This document shows positions 61,999-64,000 of a stretch of DNA of 64,000 bases, in pieces. Below the pieces are notes generated by a model. The model saw nothing but the letters and a program-made list of their open reading frames with translations. It did no database searches and was not told the origin of the DNA. The position numbers and the translations under genes were made by a program. How positions within the stretch are numbered: position 1 is the stretch's first letter; each line of letters opens with the position of its first letter. Source of the DNA: Felis catus (Eukaryota); the NCBI RefSeq assembly GCF_018350175.1, contig NC_058368.1:161326001-161390000 (forward strand), read 5' to 3'.

Positions 61999-63139
61999 GA
62001 CATTGTTTTGTTTTTCTAACATCTCTGAAATAGTAGATATTATCATTTTCTGTTGATGAGAGAGCAAAGCTGACTTATTTGCATTTCCCTGTGTACGTGC
62101 AACAAAACTTACAGTGTCCATAGCTTGAAAGAAGAGCTCAGAGAAGACAATAGAACACTCTTGTAAAAAGTACTGCATCATAGTCCAGCAGAAATTATGG
62201 GTAAAAACATGTACAGGGCCACTTCAAACAATGATTCAATAGAGTTTGTATCTCATGTAAAGACAAATTAGGAGTATCTTAACCAAGTTATCTTGCTCAT
62301 ATTTTCTTTCTTTTGCATGTACAAGTGCTATATGCGACTAAAGTTATTTGGTAAATTGCAAAAAAAGGCTTTTAATACATAAAAGTAAAAATGATATGTC
62401 ACAGGAAAGTATTTTACCATAATTTTAATTGGCAGCATATTTCTTTTCTTTCTTAGTGGTTCATAATGTAATGGAACACTTACAATTGATGATATCTTAG
62501 ATTGGATGAAATATGTACAGGCCAAGCACTAGAGGAATTATTTCCAAGTTCAGGATAGAGATTTATATGACTTTTCAGTTCCTTTAAAACTTTACTTCCT
62601 TAATACTTTCTGATTAAATTATTATATTGTTAAAGTATTTTTTTATAGTAAAAAAAATCTATTTTTTACACTAAGGATAGATGTCAAAATCTATACTGGG
62701 GCTCTATTCTGGGTTCCTGGCTTATATGGCAGAGTGTGCATTCAAACCTACTTTGAAAATATTTCTCTATTACCCTCTGGGGTTAACTGACATTGTAGGC
62801 CTTAAGTCAAATGGTGATTCCTCTTCTCATTAAAGGACCCATGATTATTGACAGTTCCTTTTTATGTTAAAATGTTTCAGATCTTATTTAAAACGTAGGC
62901 TATATTTAAATTTGAATATTATCCAATAAATTGATCCTGGCAGAGAGGGACCCAAAATCTCGAGTGTTAAGGTATTATCTTAAGAAACACGAAGATCTTG
63001 ATAATGCGGAAGAATACATTCTAGGACAACAAAATCTGGATGAAAAATGATGATCACAGTGACAGGCTAAGATTTTCCTAATAATTTCTCTGTTTGTCAG
63101 GATGATGAGATGGAGATAATACAAGAATGTGCATGTACA

Positions 63140-63270
63140 TGGTAATTACAAAATTCCAGGCACTGTTTAAAATATTTTACATATATTTACTTATTTTATC
63201 TAACAACTCAGTACTATTATTGTCTTCAACTTATACATATAGACTAGTACAAGGAGCCAGAATTACTTGG
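63140..63270 (-). mobile_element. MIR relic
   Basis: ccaggcactgtttaaaatattttacatatatttacttatttta...gtactattatt. Confidence 0.5.
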
Positions 63271-63574
63271 AGAAAGAAGGACAATAAAAATACTTAATAG
63301 CAGAATGTATACCTTTACAGTTTTTATAGAGATTGCCCCTAATCTTAGTGCCTGCCATGTGTTCTGGACAGATGAAGCAAATAAGATCACTAAAATTATG
63401 AACACCAGGATAGAATTTTTTTTCTTTTAAAAGTCCTGGATCCCAGTTATTGAAAGGATATAATCCCACTCTATAAGTGACAATCATAAAATGAAAGAAA
63501 CTTTGTCATAATTTATTTTAAAAAAATCATAAAGGAGAAGCTTACATTCCAGTATAGATAAAAATAGCCAACGT

Positions 63575-64000
63575 ACTTAACTAATGCTGCATAACAAATT
63601 ACTGCAAAATTTAGCAGCTTAAGACAAGAAACTTTATAATGTCACACAGTGTCTGAGGGTTAGGAATCCAGAAGTAGCTTAGCCATGTGTCTCTGGCTCA
63701 GGATGTCTCATGAGATTGCAGTCAAGCTCTTAGATGGTCTGCATCTCTATAAATGGGGCTGGAGAATCTGTTTTCAAGCCCACTCACATGGCTATTAGTA
63801 AGAAGTTTCAGTTCCTCATCATGTGGGCCTCTATAGGGCTTCCCCCAGATCTAGTGATCAGAGAAAGCAAGAGAGAGTGAGAGCGCGAGAAAGCTGGAAG
63901 CTATAATCTCTTATAAATTAAACTCAGAAGTAACATACCATCCCTTCTGCCATATTTGATTCACCAAACAGACCAACTCTAGTACAATTCACAAAGGTGT
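63575..64000 (-). mobile_element. ERVL-MaLR LTR (MLT1 family), runs past the window end
   Basis: tgctgcataacaaattactgcaaaatttagcagcttaagacaa...ctctggctcaggatgtctcatgagattgcagtcaag. Confidence 0.82.

Noticed and set aside
63101..63141. Possible 41-nt exon (tgtttgtcag|GATGATGAG...CATG|gtaatt)
   Set aside because: Weak donor abutting a MIR relic; peptide not recognised.

Overview
An AT-rich, repeat-dense mammalian genomic window. The tRNA-derived Can-SINEs and the L1 family point to a felid (cat family). I recognise no host protein-coding gene, rRNA, tRNA gene or CRISPR array. The first 30 kb is dominated by five same-strand (+) LINE-1 copies of different ages. Two are full-length with target-site duplications (TSDs): a decayed copy at 12161-18086, and a near-intact copy at 24211-30144 with an open ORF1 and an ORF2 broken by one 1-nt frameshift. 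The rest is a patchwork of 17 Can-SINEs, MaLR/ERVL/ERV1 solo LTRs, DNA-transposon fossils (Charlie1-, MER53-, Tigger1- and MADE2-like), MIR/L2 relics and microsatellites. The best leads concern retrotransposition mechanism: an antisense ORF0-like frame in the L1 5'UTR, an inverted copy of the target site at one L1 5' junction, a SINE with an apparent 3'-transduced tag, tandem SINEs sharing a triplicated TSD, and an unexplained 80-bp direct repeat enclosing inverted microsatellites. I found no convincing new multi-gene system. Subfamily names come from my recollection of consensus sequences and need RepeatMasker/Dfam confirmation.
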